Shown here: piece after piece, positions 39,582 through 47,206 of the stretch
How the letters are laid out: each line of letters starts with the position of its first letter
Numbering within the stretch: the stretch's first letter is position 1
Origin: a virus
Strand: one strand, 5' to 3'
DNA length: 64,000 bases
IMG/VR virus record: IMGVR_UViG_3300019889_000008
Coordinates: 1 to 64,000 of that record
Notes under the pieces: generated by a model
What the model was told of the DNA's origin: nothing
Seen by the model: only the letters and a program-made list of their open reading frames with translations
Databases searched by the model: none
Position numbers and translations under genes: made by a program

Positions 39582-39919
39582 CTAGTGTGGCGATCCTGTC
39601 TGCGCTCAACCCGGAGAGGAATAACGCAGCGCGGCGGTGATGCCCGTGTAAACGGCGCCGCTAGGTGCCTGGAAGGACCATAGCGCAACGGGTCGGGCAT
39701 TGCCACCCGGCTCGACCGGAGATGGACACCGGGTCAGGGCTCACATATGATGCCCTCGCTGCAACACGTCACGCACGAACCGTCTTGCCAGCCTCGGGCC
39801 CAACATCGAGCCCCCCTCGTTGCCGGTGCCCGATGCGGCCGGTCCCCTTCCCTGGGCCTGTGGCTTCGATAGCCACAGTAGCTTTGCGGGACCGGCCGCT
39901 CCCTTAGAAAGCCCCAGAT

Positions 39920-40126
39920 ATGACCGCAGGACGCATCCACCCCCCGTGGGACGAGAAGACGATTGCCGGCCTCAACCGGTGGCAGGCGAACGACCGGGTG
40001 CATCCGTTCACGTGTGGCAACGGGCACGATCTGGTGGCGAGGCCCGAGGGATGGTTCTGCCGGGATTGCGACTACACGCAAGATTGGGCTTGGGCCTTCA
40101 TGGCCACCTATCAGCCGCCGCTCTAG
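39920..40126 (+). CDS. small zinc-binding hypothetical protein
   Basis: HPFTCGNGH..GWFCRDCDYTQDWA. Confidence 0.6.
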   Translation: MTAGRIHPPWDEKTIAGLNRWQANDRVHPFTCGNGHDLVARPEGWFCRDCDYTQDWAWAFMATYQPPL

Positions 40127-40376
40127 ACATCGCCCGAGGGCCGGCCTAGATTCTTCGGGCGAATGTTGACCCACACCATCCGCACCGGTCCGGCCCCATC
40201 TTTCCCCTTTTGCGCGGGGGGGTCTGATGCGGGCCGGCCACCTTCCACCACCGTCCATCGCTAGAAGGCCCCGCCGTCGCGCACAGCGCGCCCGTGGCGG
40301 CCGAGGCGCCCCGCCGCTACACCGGGGCGCCTCGGCCTGGCGGGCCTCTGTGCGCGCCCTGTGCGCGGCCGGCCAT

Positions 40377-41966
40377 TTACCGCCGGATGAAGTCGGCGAT
40401 GACCGCGGGCGTATCGGCATCGAACCCCACCACGTCCAGCATGCCGCCATCGTTCGGGTCCGCGATCGTGAACCCGTTCGAAGTCATCGCGACGACCGCC
40501 AGCTTGGCAGCGATGCCGGTCTTGGTCCGGTACAGTTGCAGGGCCTGGACCGGGTGCATCCGGCCCGCATAGGTCTCCGCGTCCGTGTAGATCACGAAGG
40601 CGTCGACCTCCAGGCCGTGCTCCAGCGCATAGAGCATCGGAAGCGAGCAATCGGTGCTCTGGAACCCGAGCGTGCCCATGTAGCGGACCACGTCGCCGAG
40701 CCGCTGGCGGGGCGAGATCGCGAGCGGCATGAAGCCGCGCGAGAAGCCCATCAGGTGATAGTTCTGCTCGGTCGCCGCCGTCACGAGCGCCATCGCCGCC
40801 GCGCCCTCACGAGCGGTCAGCGAGGTGCCGGCGATCTTGTTCCCCTCCATGGAGCCCGAGACGTCGATGCCGAGCAGGAGGCGCTTGCCGGTCGGCTCGA
40901 TGGTCCGGAACGCCGCATAGAAGCCGGCATCGAGCGCATCGACGATGCTCTGCACCGGCGCCCACGTGAGGCTCCCGCGCTCGCCATGGCCGCTCGCATA
41001 GGTCCGCTGCGCCAGCAGCAGGGCGAGCGGATGGACGCGGGCCGCCTTCAGCGCCGCCTCATCCTGCACGGTTCGGCAGACATGCATCGCCGCGTCGCCG
41101 AGCGGCTTCAGCAGCCCCACGGCCGTCATCTTGGCCAGCGACCGGATCATCGCCGTGAGCGGCATGCCCGAGAGCAGCGCAGCCCAGACCTCGACGCTGT
41201 TCAACGCCGGAATCGGCACCGCCTCGCGCGGCAGAGAATACGTCCGCACCAGAGCCGCGATCTCGCGCGACGGCACGCCCTCGACGTTCGCCTCCTCATA
41301 GCCGCGCACGATCGCCGGCAGGGCCTCTGCCGTCTTCTCCCGGCCGCAGATCCAATCGAACAGGGCACGCCGCTCCGCATCGTCGACCGCAGTCAGCGGG
41401 TGCGCGAGCCGCAGCAGATCTCGATGCGCCCAGCCGTCGCGCTGGCGATACTTCACGGCCTGGAGCGCCAGCCTGTCGATCGGCTTGCGGGCATACCAGT
41501 CGGCGAAGGCGCGCTTCGTGCCACGGCCCCAGCCGCCGAAAGCCTGAACAAAGTCGGCGGCGTGGAACAGATGGGTTCCAGTGCGGGCGACCTTGTGGAG
41601 CGCATCGCCGGCCGCGCGGCGGGTCCGGTCATCGCCGAGCTTCATTGCCATGGCGAGCGCGAACAGCGCCGGGTCGTTCTTCGGCGCCCGGCCCTCGACG
41701 CTGATCGCCACGATGGTCTCGACCGCGCGCAGGCCATCTGCCGCGATGCAACGCTCGACGGCGTCCGCGCTCTCACGGGTCAGCTTGCCCTCGTTGATGT
41801 AGAAGGTGCCGCCCTCGGAACCGAGGATCAGGAACCGCTCCAGACGCATCCAGTCGTCGACCGGGAAGGCGTAGCCCCCAGCGGAGTTCGGCACGGTGCC
41901 CGCGATCGGCTCGGTCTGCGGGGTGGCTCCGCCGCGCCCGATGTGCCGGGCGAGGTACGACGTCAT
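40377..41966 (-). CDS. rsr: Ro60/Rsr TROVE-vWA RNA-binding protein
   Basis: NSAGGYAF, RLERFLILGSEGGTFY, RTGTHLFH, GWGRG, KYRQRDGWAHRDLLRLAHP, MIDAS DVSGSM, YTD.ET, DVVGFD. Confidence 0.97.
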   Translation of the reverse strand: MTSYLARHIGRGGATPQTEPIAGTVPNSAGGYAFPVDDWMRLERFLILGSEGGTFYINEGKLTRESADAVERCIAADGLRAVETIVAISVEGRAPKNDPALFALAMAMKLGDDRTRRAAGDALHKVARTGTHLFHAADFVQAFGGWGRGTKRAFADWYARKPIDRLALQAVKYRQRDGWAHRDLLRLAHPLTAVDDAERRALFDWICGREKTAEALPAIVRGYEEANVEGVPSREIAALVRTYSLPREAVPIPALNSVEVWAALLSGMPLTAMIRSLAKMTAVGLLKPLGDAAMHVCRTVQDEAALKAARVHPLALLLAQRTYASGHGERGSLTWAPVQSIVDALDAGFYAAFRTIEPTGKRLLLGIDVSGSMEGNKIAGTSLTAREGAAAMALVTAATEQNYHLMGFSRGFMPLAISPRQRLGDVVRYMGTLGFQSTDCSLPMLYALEHGLEVDAFVIYTDAETYAGRMHPVQALQLYRTKTGIAAKLAVVAMTSNGFTIADPNDGGMLDVVGFDADTPAVIADFIRR

Positions 41967-41994
41967 GATCCGTCCCTCCATGCTGGCGTGGGTG

Positions 41995-42125
41995 GTGCGA
42001 ACGTGTTGTTTGGCAACCGTCGAGGTGCTCTACCACTGAGCTACGGCAGGCTTTCGCCCGACGACGGGATTCGAACCCGCGGCCACCCGCTTACGAGGCG
42101 ATAACGATTACCAGTCGGCTCGCAC
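41995..42125 (-). ncRNA. yrlA: YrlA-type Y RNA
   Basis: Terminal stem GUGCGA/UCGCAC with GAGCCGA..GUUAUC and CAACACG; tRNA-like module with T-arm (GGGUUCGAAUCCC) 5' of D-arm (GCUCAGUGGUAGAGC) and a GAAA-capped acceptor-like stem; adjacent to rsr. Confidence 0.9.
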
Positions 42126-42133
42126 CCTATGGG

Positions 42134-42203
42134 GTGCCCCGAGCGTGTTGCTGGCGGTGGGTGTCATCATGCGAGATAACCCATTGCCTCCGGCTCAGAG
42201 CGC
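42134..42203 (-). ncRNA. second, short Y RNA lacking tRNA-like domain
   Basis: Shares GAGCCG..GG.AAU..GUUAUC and CAACACG.UC stem strands with YrlA; tandem, 8 nt upstream. Confidence 0.75.
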
Positions 42204-42471
42204 GGTCCTGCTACTGCGTTTTGGATTTGGCCGCAATGCTGTTTCGTATTTCAGCCTGGCGTCGGCCTGGCCGGGCGCCTGACAAACCTCTTGCCCCTGC
42301 CCGGCGGCCATTCGGCAACACCTAGCTTCCCGAGGAGCCGCCGTAGGAAGCGATCCTCCCATCGGTCCTGCCAGATCCGATACGCAATCTCGGTCTTGAA
42401 GCCGGGCAGGAACCGGGCAGACCAGCGGTAATGCGCGCCAAAGCGCCGCCGTTTTTGGCTATGACTGGGCA

Positions 42472-42864
42472 TTATCTGGTGACCTCGTTCTTGCCGGCCG
42501 CCTTACGGCGCATCTGGCGCCTCCGGTGATTGGTCCGGTGCGGCTGCGCGGCTTTCTTGGAGATCCGCCTCCAGAGCCGCATGAAGATGTCATGGGGCCG
42601 GCTCCAATAGTTCTCGTTCCCAAGGAAGACCTGCATGGCGATCCAGGCCGCCCTGCGATGGTTCGACCCTTTCCGAACTTCTCTGACCCCGATCTCGACC
42701 GCTGCCGCTTCGCTGACGCCAGCGTTCGCAGGCTGATCCCTCGCAATCCTAAAGCGGCTGCGGTTCCTCCTCCGCCACTCCTTCTCTTCCGGTGTGCGCA
42801 CTGGACCGGACGTGCCGTTCAGGCGCGCGAGCAGCTCGTCGATGGCTCGGTTACGGGTGGACAT
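42472..42864 (-). CDS. basic hypothetical protein
   Basis: ORF in operon orientation. Confidence 0.5.
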   Translation of the reverse strand: MSTRNRAIDELLARLNGTSGPVRTPEEKEWRRRNRSRFRIARDQPANAGVSEAAAVEIGVREVRKGSNHRRAAWIAMQVFLGNENYWSRPHDIFMRLWRRISKKAAQPHRTNHRRRQMRRKAAGKNEVTR

Positions 42865-43087
42865 CGGTCTCGCCCCGCCAATAGGCCAGCGCGGCGCAGC
42901 GGTGGCGCTGTAGGGCCTTGGCGCGCTGGGCCTGGGCCACGGCGGCCCGGCGCTGCGCCTTGGCCTGTAGGGCCTTGCTGCGGCGGCGGGTGCGGTGACG
43001 CTTGGGGTGGCTGCGCTCCTGGCGGTTGTCCAGGAGCGCTTGCCGGGCCTCGTCGCTATTCGGATTGTCGAATGATCGGCGGGTCAT
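42851..43087 (-). CDS. basic hypothetical protein
   Basis: Starts just after tRNA-Met. Confidence 0.45.
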   Translation of the reverse strand: MTRRSFDNPNSDEARQALLDNRQERSHPKRHRTRRRSKALQAKAQRRAAVAQAQRAKALQRHRCAALAYWRGETDVHP

Positions 43088-43096
43088 GACCGGAGA

Positions 43097-43173
43097 TGGA
43101 GGCAGGAAGCGGATTCGAACCGCTGACCTTCAGGTTATGGGCCTGACGAGCTGCCGGGCTGCTCTATCCTGCC
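43097..43173 (-). tRNA. tRNA-Met(CAU), initiator-like body with paired G1-C72, C33 and U73
   Basis: GGCAGGA/UCCUGCC-U-CCA; D GAGCAGCCCGGCAGCUC; UCAGG-CC-CAU-AA-CCUGA; GGUUCGAAUCC. Confidence 0.9.
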
Positions 43174-43218
43174 TGCCGATCATATGCCAATGATGGCCGC
43201 GGCGGCAACAGCCGGGTC

Positions 43219-43761
43219 TCAGGCACCGAACTCGTCGGTATAGTGCAGCAGCATATCGATGTAGGCATCGCCGTTGACCGACGACGGATTGGACCCGAGC
43301 AGCGCATTCTGGATGTCGCCGCGCGTGATGTAGCCGTCCGCATGGGACCAATCGACCCGGCCTGTCGCACGGAGCCGGCGCAGCGTTTCGATCGCCTCGG
43401 ACAGCCTGATGTGCTCGAAAGCGTAGACCCAGCCGCGATTGTCGTAACCGTGGAACAGTTGCTCCGCGCTCCTGCTGTCGAGCCCGAGCCATCGAGCGGC
43501 GACAATCGGGATCGCCCATCTCCCATGAACGTCGCCAGTCCAAAAGCCCACCGGATCTGCCAGCAGGACAGCGTGGCCTGCCATGCAGGCCGGCGTTCCA
43601 CATTCATCCGAGAGGCCGCACCAAGAGCCCATGAAGAACCGCGCTCGATGCCCGGTCACCGGGTCCAGCCACCCGGTCTCGCCCGCAGCTTGGACCTCTT
43701 CCATGTGGGCGATCAGGACGTCAAGATTGGTCGTGGTGATGTTGAACGAACCATCGGGCAT
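43219..43761 (-). CDS. conserved phage hypothetical protein
   Basis: GAGGAG RBS; FFMGSW..CGTPACMAGHA..A.RWLGL..LF. Confidence 0.7.
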   Translation of the reverse strand: MPDGSFNITTTNLDVLIAHMEEVQAAGETGWLDPVTGHRARFFMGSWCGLSDECGTPACMAGHAVLLADPVGFWTGDVHGRWAIPIVAARWLGLDSRSAEQLFHGYDNRGWVYAFEHIRLSEAIETLRRLRATGRVDWSHADGYITRGDIQNALLGSNPSSVNGDAYIDMLLHYTDEFGA

Positions 43762-43784
43762 AGCTGGGCTCCTCTGTGAGCGGG

Positions 43785-44030
43785 CTAGGAGTAGATCCGG
43801 CGCCGCTGGTGATGGAACGGCATGTAGCCATAGAGCGGCCGGCGGGACGGCAGGCCCATGCGAAGGCGCCACCGATGGCGAGCAACGATCTGGGCCTGCT
43901 CCCGCTTTCGAGAGAAGGTCCGCCATTCGTGCGCCAATCGCTCATGGAATGGCGTGTCGAAGTCGAGCAGCCGATCGTCTAGGCGAAACCGCAGCCGGCG
44001 CCTGAAGGGGATCAGCCGAAGGACAACCAT
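43785..44030 (-). CDS. hypothetical protein
   Basis: GAGGGG RBS. Confidence 0.45.
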   Translation of the reverse strand: MVVLRLIPFRRRLRFRLDDRLLDFDTPFHERLAHEWRTFSRKREQAQIVARHRWRLRMGLPSRRPLYGYMPFHHQRRRIYS

Positions 44031-44043
44031 CTTCCCCTCGCGT

Positions 44044-44841
44044 CTATTCCTCGCCGGCCTTCATGGCTTCCACCATGAGCGCGGTCAGATCCCTTTTGCG
44101 GCTCGGCTTGCACTGGACCTTGATCAGGTCGACAGGGCCGCCGGGCACCTCGTCGTTGAACACCCCGACCACGATGCGTCCCGTGAACCATGCGAAGGTG
44201 TCCAGGTCGGTCCGGCCGGCATACAGCATCGGGCCCTCGGCGAACTGGTGATGCCCATGAACGACATGCCTGTCGCCGTGGCCCCGCTCGTCGTCGTCAT
44301 CGTAGAGCTTCCACATGAGCACATGAGGGCTCTGCTCACCGAGCGAGACAGTGGGGTCGACGCCGGCATGGACGAACACCCGATGTTGAGTGACGCAGAT
44401 CATCGGAAGGCCGTCGAGCCAATCGAGGTGCTCGACCGGCACGATCGCCCGGTCGGCTATCTCGCCGACCTTCTGGCCGTATGAGATCAGCGTCGCCCCG
44501 CCGCCGTTGACGATCCACCACCCGAGGTCGGCTTTCCCGGATGCGCATTGGACCATGATGTCCTCGTGGTTCCCCTTGAGGCAGATCCAAGTCCAGCCCG
44601 GCGACGGCCCGGCCATCAGCCGGTCGATGATCTGCTTGCTCTGCGGGCCCCGGTCGACATAGTCGCCCAAGAAGACGATCGTGCCAGGCCGCTTTGCATC
44701 GGCCTCGATGGCGGCCAGCGCCGCCTCCAGGATGTCGAGGCGTCCATGCAGGTCCGCGATGGCATAGGTGTAGCCCCGCGGGGCCTGGAGGCCCGCCAGC
44801 AGCCGGTCGCGCATTTCGTGTGCGGAGATGGTCTTGGGCAT
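44044..44841 (-). CDS. metallophosphoesterase (lambda NinI/PphA-like Ser/Thr phosphatase)
   Basis: DLHG, GDYVDRG, GNHE, FVHAG, VHGH, DT. Confidence 0.92.
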   Translation of the reverse strand: MPKTISAHEMRDRLLAGLQAPRGYTYAIADLHGRLDILEAALAAIEADAKRPGTIVFLGDYVDRGPQSKQIIDRLMAGPSPGWTWICLKGNHEDIMVQCASGKADLGWWIVNGGGATLISYGQKVGEIADRAIVPVEHLDWLDGLPMICVTQHRVFVHAGVDPTVSLGEQSPHVLMWKLYDDDDERGHGDRHVVHGHHQFAEGPMLYAGRTDLDTFAWFTGRIVVGVFNDEVPGGPVDLIKVQCKPSRKRDLTALMVEAMKAGEE

Positions 44842-44863
44842 CGTCTCACCGGTGTGCAAAGAT

Positions 44864-45012
44864 CGCCGCGGGCCGGGCGCTAATCCGGCCTCCCTCTTGA
44901 GCCGACCTGATTCTCTTCGGCCGGGCCCGGCCTCCAAGGATAGGGCTCCCGAACCTGTACAAAGGTGGGGCGCCTGAGACGGCGGCATGTCTGCTTCCCA
45001 CGCTGCCGCGGC
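44864..45012 (-). ncRNA. tRNA-like RNA with about 95-nt insert in place of anticodon arm
   Basis: Acceptor GCCGCGG/CCGCGGC, D-like GCGUG-GGAAGCAGA-CAUGC, T-like GCCGG-AUUAGCGC-CCGGC. Confidence 0.6.
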
Positions 45013-45032
45013 CACGCCATCATATCCGAGAT

Positions 45033-45052
45033 CGGGCACAGATCAATGCCCA
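45033..45052. promoter_or_regulatory. operator-like palindrome
   Basis: CGGGCAC-agatca-ATGCCCA. Confidence 0.55.
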
Positions 45053-45060
45053 TTGCGTGG

Positions 45061-45149
45061 TGGTGGGCGCCCGAGGATTCGAACCTCACGCGGCCGACCC
45101 GTCTCGGATTGCGCGCCGGGTTTACAGCCCGGTGACGGGAAAGGCGCCC
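45061..45149 (-). tRNA. D-armless tRNA-like RNA with GUA (Tyr) anticodon and long variable arm
   Basis: GGGCGCC/GGCGCCC-A-CCA, CCGGG-CU-GUA-AA-CCCGG, canonical T-arm; only 10 nt where the D-arm should be. Confidence 0.8.
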
Positions 45150-45325
45150 CGAGAGGTTTGAGCGGGGAATACACACGGCAGCCCTCCCCGCCCGACACAG
45201 CTACCTCAGACCGCGTCCGGCCCTTGGACCACTGCGGCGCCCCCACCTCGGAGGGACCGCTGCTGAAGCCTACCCATCTGCCGAGAGAAGGCTTCCATCT
45301 CGCACTGCCACCTAGCCCGCATGGG

Positions 45326-45396
45326 ATCGGGCGGCTGGATTCGAACCAACGTTGCAGAGACCAAAGCTCTGTGTCCTACCGCTAGACGACGCCCGA
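45326..45396 (-). tRNA. tRNA-Gln(UUG)
   Basis: U1-A72 acceptor UCGGGCG/CGCCCGA; CAGAG-CU-UUG-GU-CUCUG; GGUUCGAAUCC; CCA not encoded. Confidence 0.88.
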
Positions 45397-45405
45397 GCGG
45401 GAGGA

Positions 45406-45494
45406 TGGCGGAGGGCGGAGGAATCGAACCCCTAGCGCTGTCAACGCTACCCCGGTTTTCGGGACCAGTTGCCGGCCATTCAGCGGCGCCCTCC
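45406..45494 (-). tRNA. tRNA-Ser(CGA), 8/4 (allo-type) fold
   Basis: 8-bp acceptor GGAGGGCG/CGCCCUCC, 4-bp T stem, long variable arm, G73-CCA, loop CC-CGA-AA. Confidence 0.85.
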
Positions 45495-45496
45495 AT

Positions 45497-45585
45497 TGGC
45501 GGAAGGGGAGAGGATCGAACTCTCGCGAGGACTGGCCCCGGCTCCCGGATAGCAACCGGGCGCATTACCGCTCTGCCACCCTTCC
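45497..45585 (-). tRNA. tRNA-Ser(GCU)
   Basis: GGAAGGG/CCCUUCC-G-CCA; CCCGG-UU-GCU-AU-CCGGG; long variable arm; GAGAG-UUCGAUC-CUCUC. Confidence 0.9.
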
Positions 45586-45964
45586 AAAATCAGAAGGATG
45601 ATCGACTCGATTGCTGTCGATATCGCAGGGCGTGGGTCATGTCGGCCATGTAGCACGGCGCCTTCGCGGAGTCTAGATCGGCCAGCAATCAGCCCGCCGG
45701 TCTCGGAGACTAGCGCCCCGCCCAAAAACGGCAATTATGCATTCGTTTTTGGATGCTGTCGTCTTAACCATTCGAGCCAAGAAATTATGAACAATCCCAT
45801 ATACAACATGGGCGGCGAGGTTGGTGGCGATCCGGTTGTCGATCAACTCGCCATCCTGCTACTCGTCGCATTGGTCGTGATCTTCATCGTCGGATATTGC
45901 TGGTGGTCGCGACGACTTTCCAGCCGTGGCGACCGCCCCCCGAAACCATGAGATCTCCGCTGGG

Positions 45965-46192
45965 TTAAGAGGGGGGCAACATTTCGTTGCGGAGCTTCCT
46001 CACGGTCTCCGCGAGCCTGTCTGCGGTCTCGCGGGCGGTGACCATCCGCTCCTCCATCCAGAGCAGCCGGTGGCACGCCTCCTCGACAAGCGAGAACCAT
46101 CCCTGCTGTGGTGCATCGGCGGACGTCCGCACGAAGTCTAGGACCGCTTGCGCGTCGAACGTGTTTCGGTCCTGCTCGGGGAGCGTTCCCAT
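45965..46192 (-). CDS. hypothetical protein (domain shared with 34998-35582)
   Basis: AGGAG RBS; APQQGWFSLVEEACHR. Confidence 0.65.
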   Translation of the reverse strand: MGTLPEQDRNTFDAQAVLDFVRTSADAPQQGWFSLVEEACHRLLWMEERMVTARETADRLAETVRKLRNEMLPPS

Positions 46193-46653
46193 GGTGATCT
46201 CTCCTGGGGCGGCCGGAAGACGATGACTTCAGCGGCCAGCGGGTTGAGGTAACGGAAGATCTCGGCGGCCACCAAGAGCCACGGCAGGCCACCCTTGCCG
46301 CAGCCAAGGGCTGGGACGCCGATGGAATTGATGCCAAGCCGCTCGATCGTTGGGGCCAAGTGGCTCAACCCCCAGCCGATCCATTCGGGCCGGCTGGGCT
46401 TGCGCCACTCCCGCTTCGTCGGGAAATGGATGACCCACCGCGGGTGCGAGCCGGAGCCACGGTCGAATTCGTGCAGGCGCCCCGGCTGCAACTGGCCAAT
46501 GGCGCAGGCGGCCATGTAGGAGCGGCTCGCCTCGGGAAAGCGGTGCCGGAACTCCTTCGCCAGCCCAGCGCCCATCACGCCCTCGCAGTTCACGGGGTTG
46601 ACCAGGGCCTCGGCGCCGCAGGCGAAGATGTCGCCGTCGCTGTATCGGATCAT
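46138..46653 (-). CDS. macrodomain protein (DarG-like ADP-ribosylhydrolase)
   Basis: GDIF, ALVNPVNCEGVMGAGLAKEF, HFPTK..W, PALGCGKGGL.W. Confidence 0.92.
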   Translation of the reverse strand: MIRYSDGDIFACGAEALVNPVNCEGVMGAGLAKEFRHRFPEASRSYMAACAIGQLQPGRLHEFDRGSGSHPRWVIHFPTKREWRKPSRPEWIGWGLSHLAPTIERLGINSIGVPALGCGKGGLPWLLVAAEIFRYLNPLAAEVIVFRPPQERSPWERSPSRTETRSTRKRS

Positions 46654-46654
46654 C

Positions 46655-47206
46655 CTATCGCCTCCTCGGCGCCCGATGCCCGAGCGCCTTATAGAGCGCA
46701 TCGCGGGTCTCGACGTCGTCTGGCCCGTACCGGAGCGAGTTGTTAAAGTGAGCCCCAAGCACCAGAGCAATCGCTCGAACTCCGGGCTCCAAATAGACGT
46801 ACTGGACCCATCCGAAGACGGGCCGACACGGGGTAGGAGGTTTTGGCAACCTCTCTTCCGTGATCCAGGTGGCCACTGCCGTCCCGCTCCGCCCGAGAAG
46901 CTTGGCCAACTCGGGCGGCGTGAACGTGAGCAATGATGCCCATTCGTCGTCGACATTGACCTCACGGACACTGCCGAAATCCATCAAGCGATCAAGTCGC
47001 AGCCGGGGATCATCGACGAACACGCCCGCACGCTCTCGATATGAGTCGCGAGCGCGCTCGGCGGTTCCAGAGCCATAAGCCTTGCGGCGCCGCCGGTTGT
47101 GCTCTTCGCCCCAATAGCGATCCTTCCGCTCTTCAGGCGTCAAGCCGCCGCGCGGGCCTGACCCGATGCCCAAGGATCGCCCGGGATGTTTCCCGTCTCG
47201 TTTCAT
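46655..47206 (-). CDS. hypothetical DNA-binding protein
   Basis: FTPPELAKLLGRSGTAVATW..RLPKP HTH-like. Confidence 0.6.
   Translation of the reverse strand: MKRDGKHPGRSLGIGSGPRGGLTPEERKDRYWGEEHNRRRRKAYGSGTAERARDSYRERAGVFVDDPRLRLDRLMDFGSVREVNVDDEWASLLTFTPPELAKLLGRSGTAVATWITEERLPKPPTPCRPVFGWVQYVYLEPGVRAIALVLGAHFNNSLRYGPDDVETRDALYKALGHRAPRRR

Noticed and set aside
39736-39758. Another GGGCAC-N6-GTGCCC site
   Set aside because: Spacer is 7 nt and both half-sites mismatch
42030-42090. Canonical tRNA gene
   Set aside because: T-arm precedes D-arm and there is no anticodon arm; this is the YrlA architecture
40227-42104. 625-aa plus-strand ORF (likewise 336-1850, 7004-8440, 15126-17657, 19803-22142, 51245-52849)
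   Set aside because: Antisense shadows of well-supported genes in high-GC DNA, with no recognisable motifs
45150-45755. GOLLD RNA or theta (HDV-like) ribozyme assignment
   Set aside because: Segments are too short for GOLLD domains and no convincing HDV P1/P3/L3 topology follows the tRNA 3' ends; kept only as unnamed candidates
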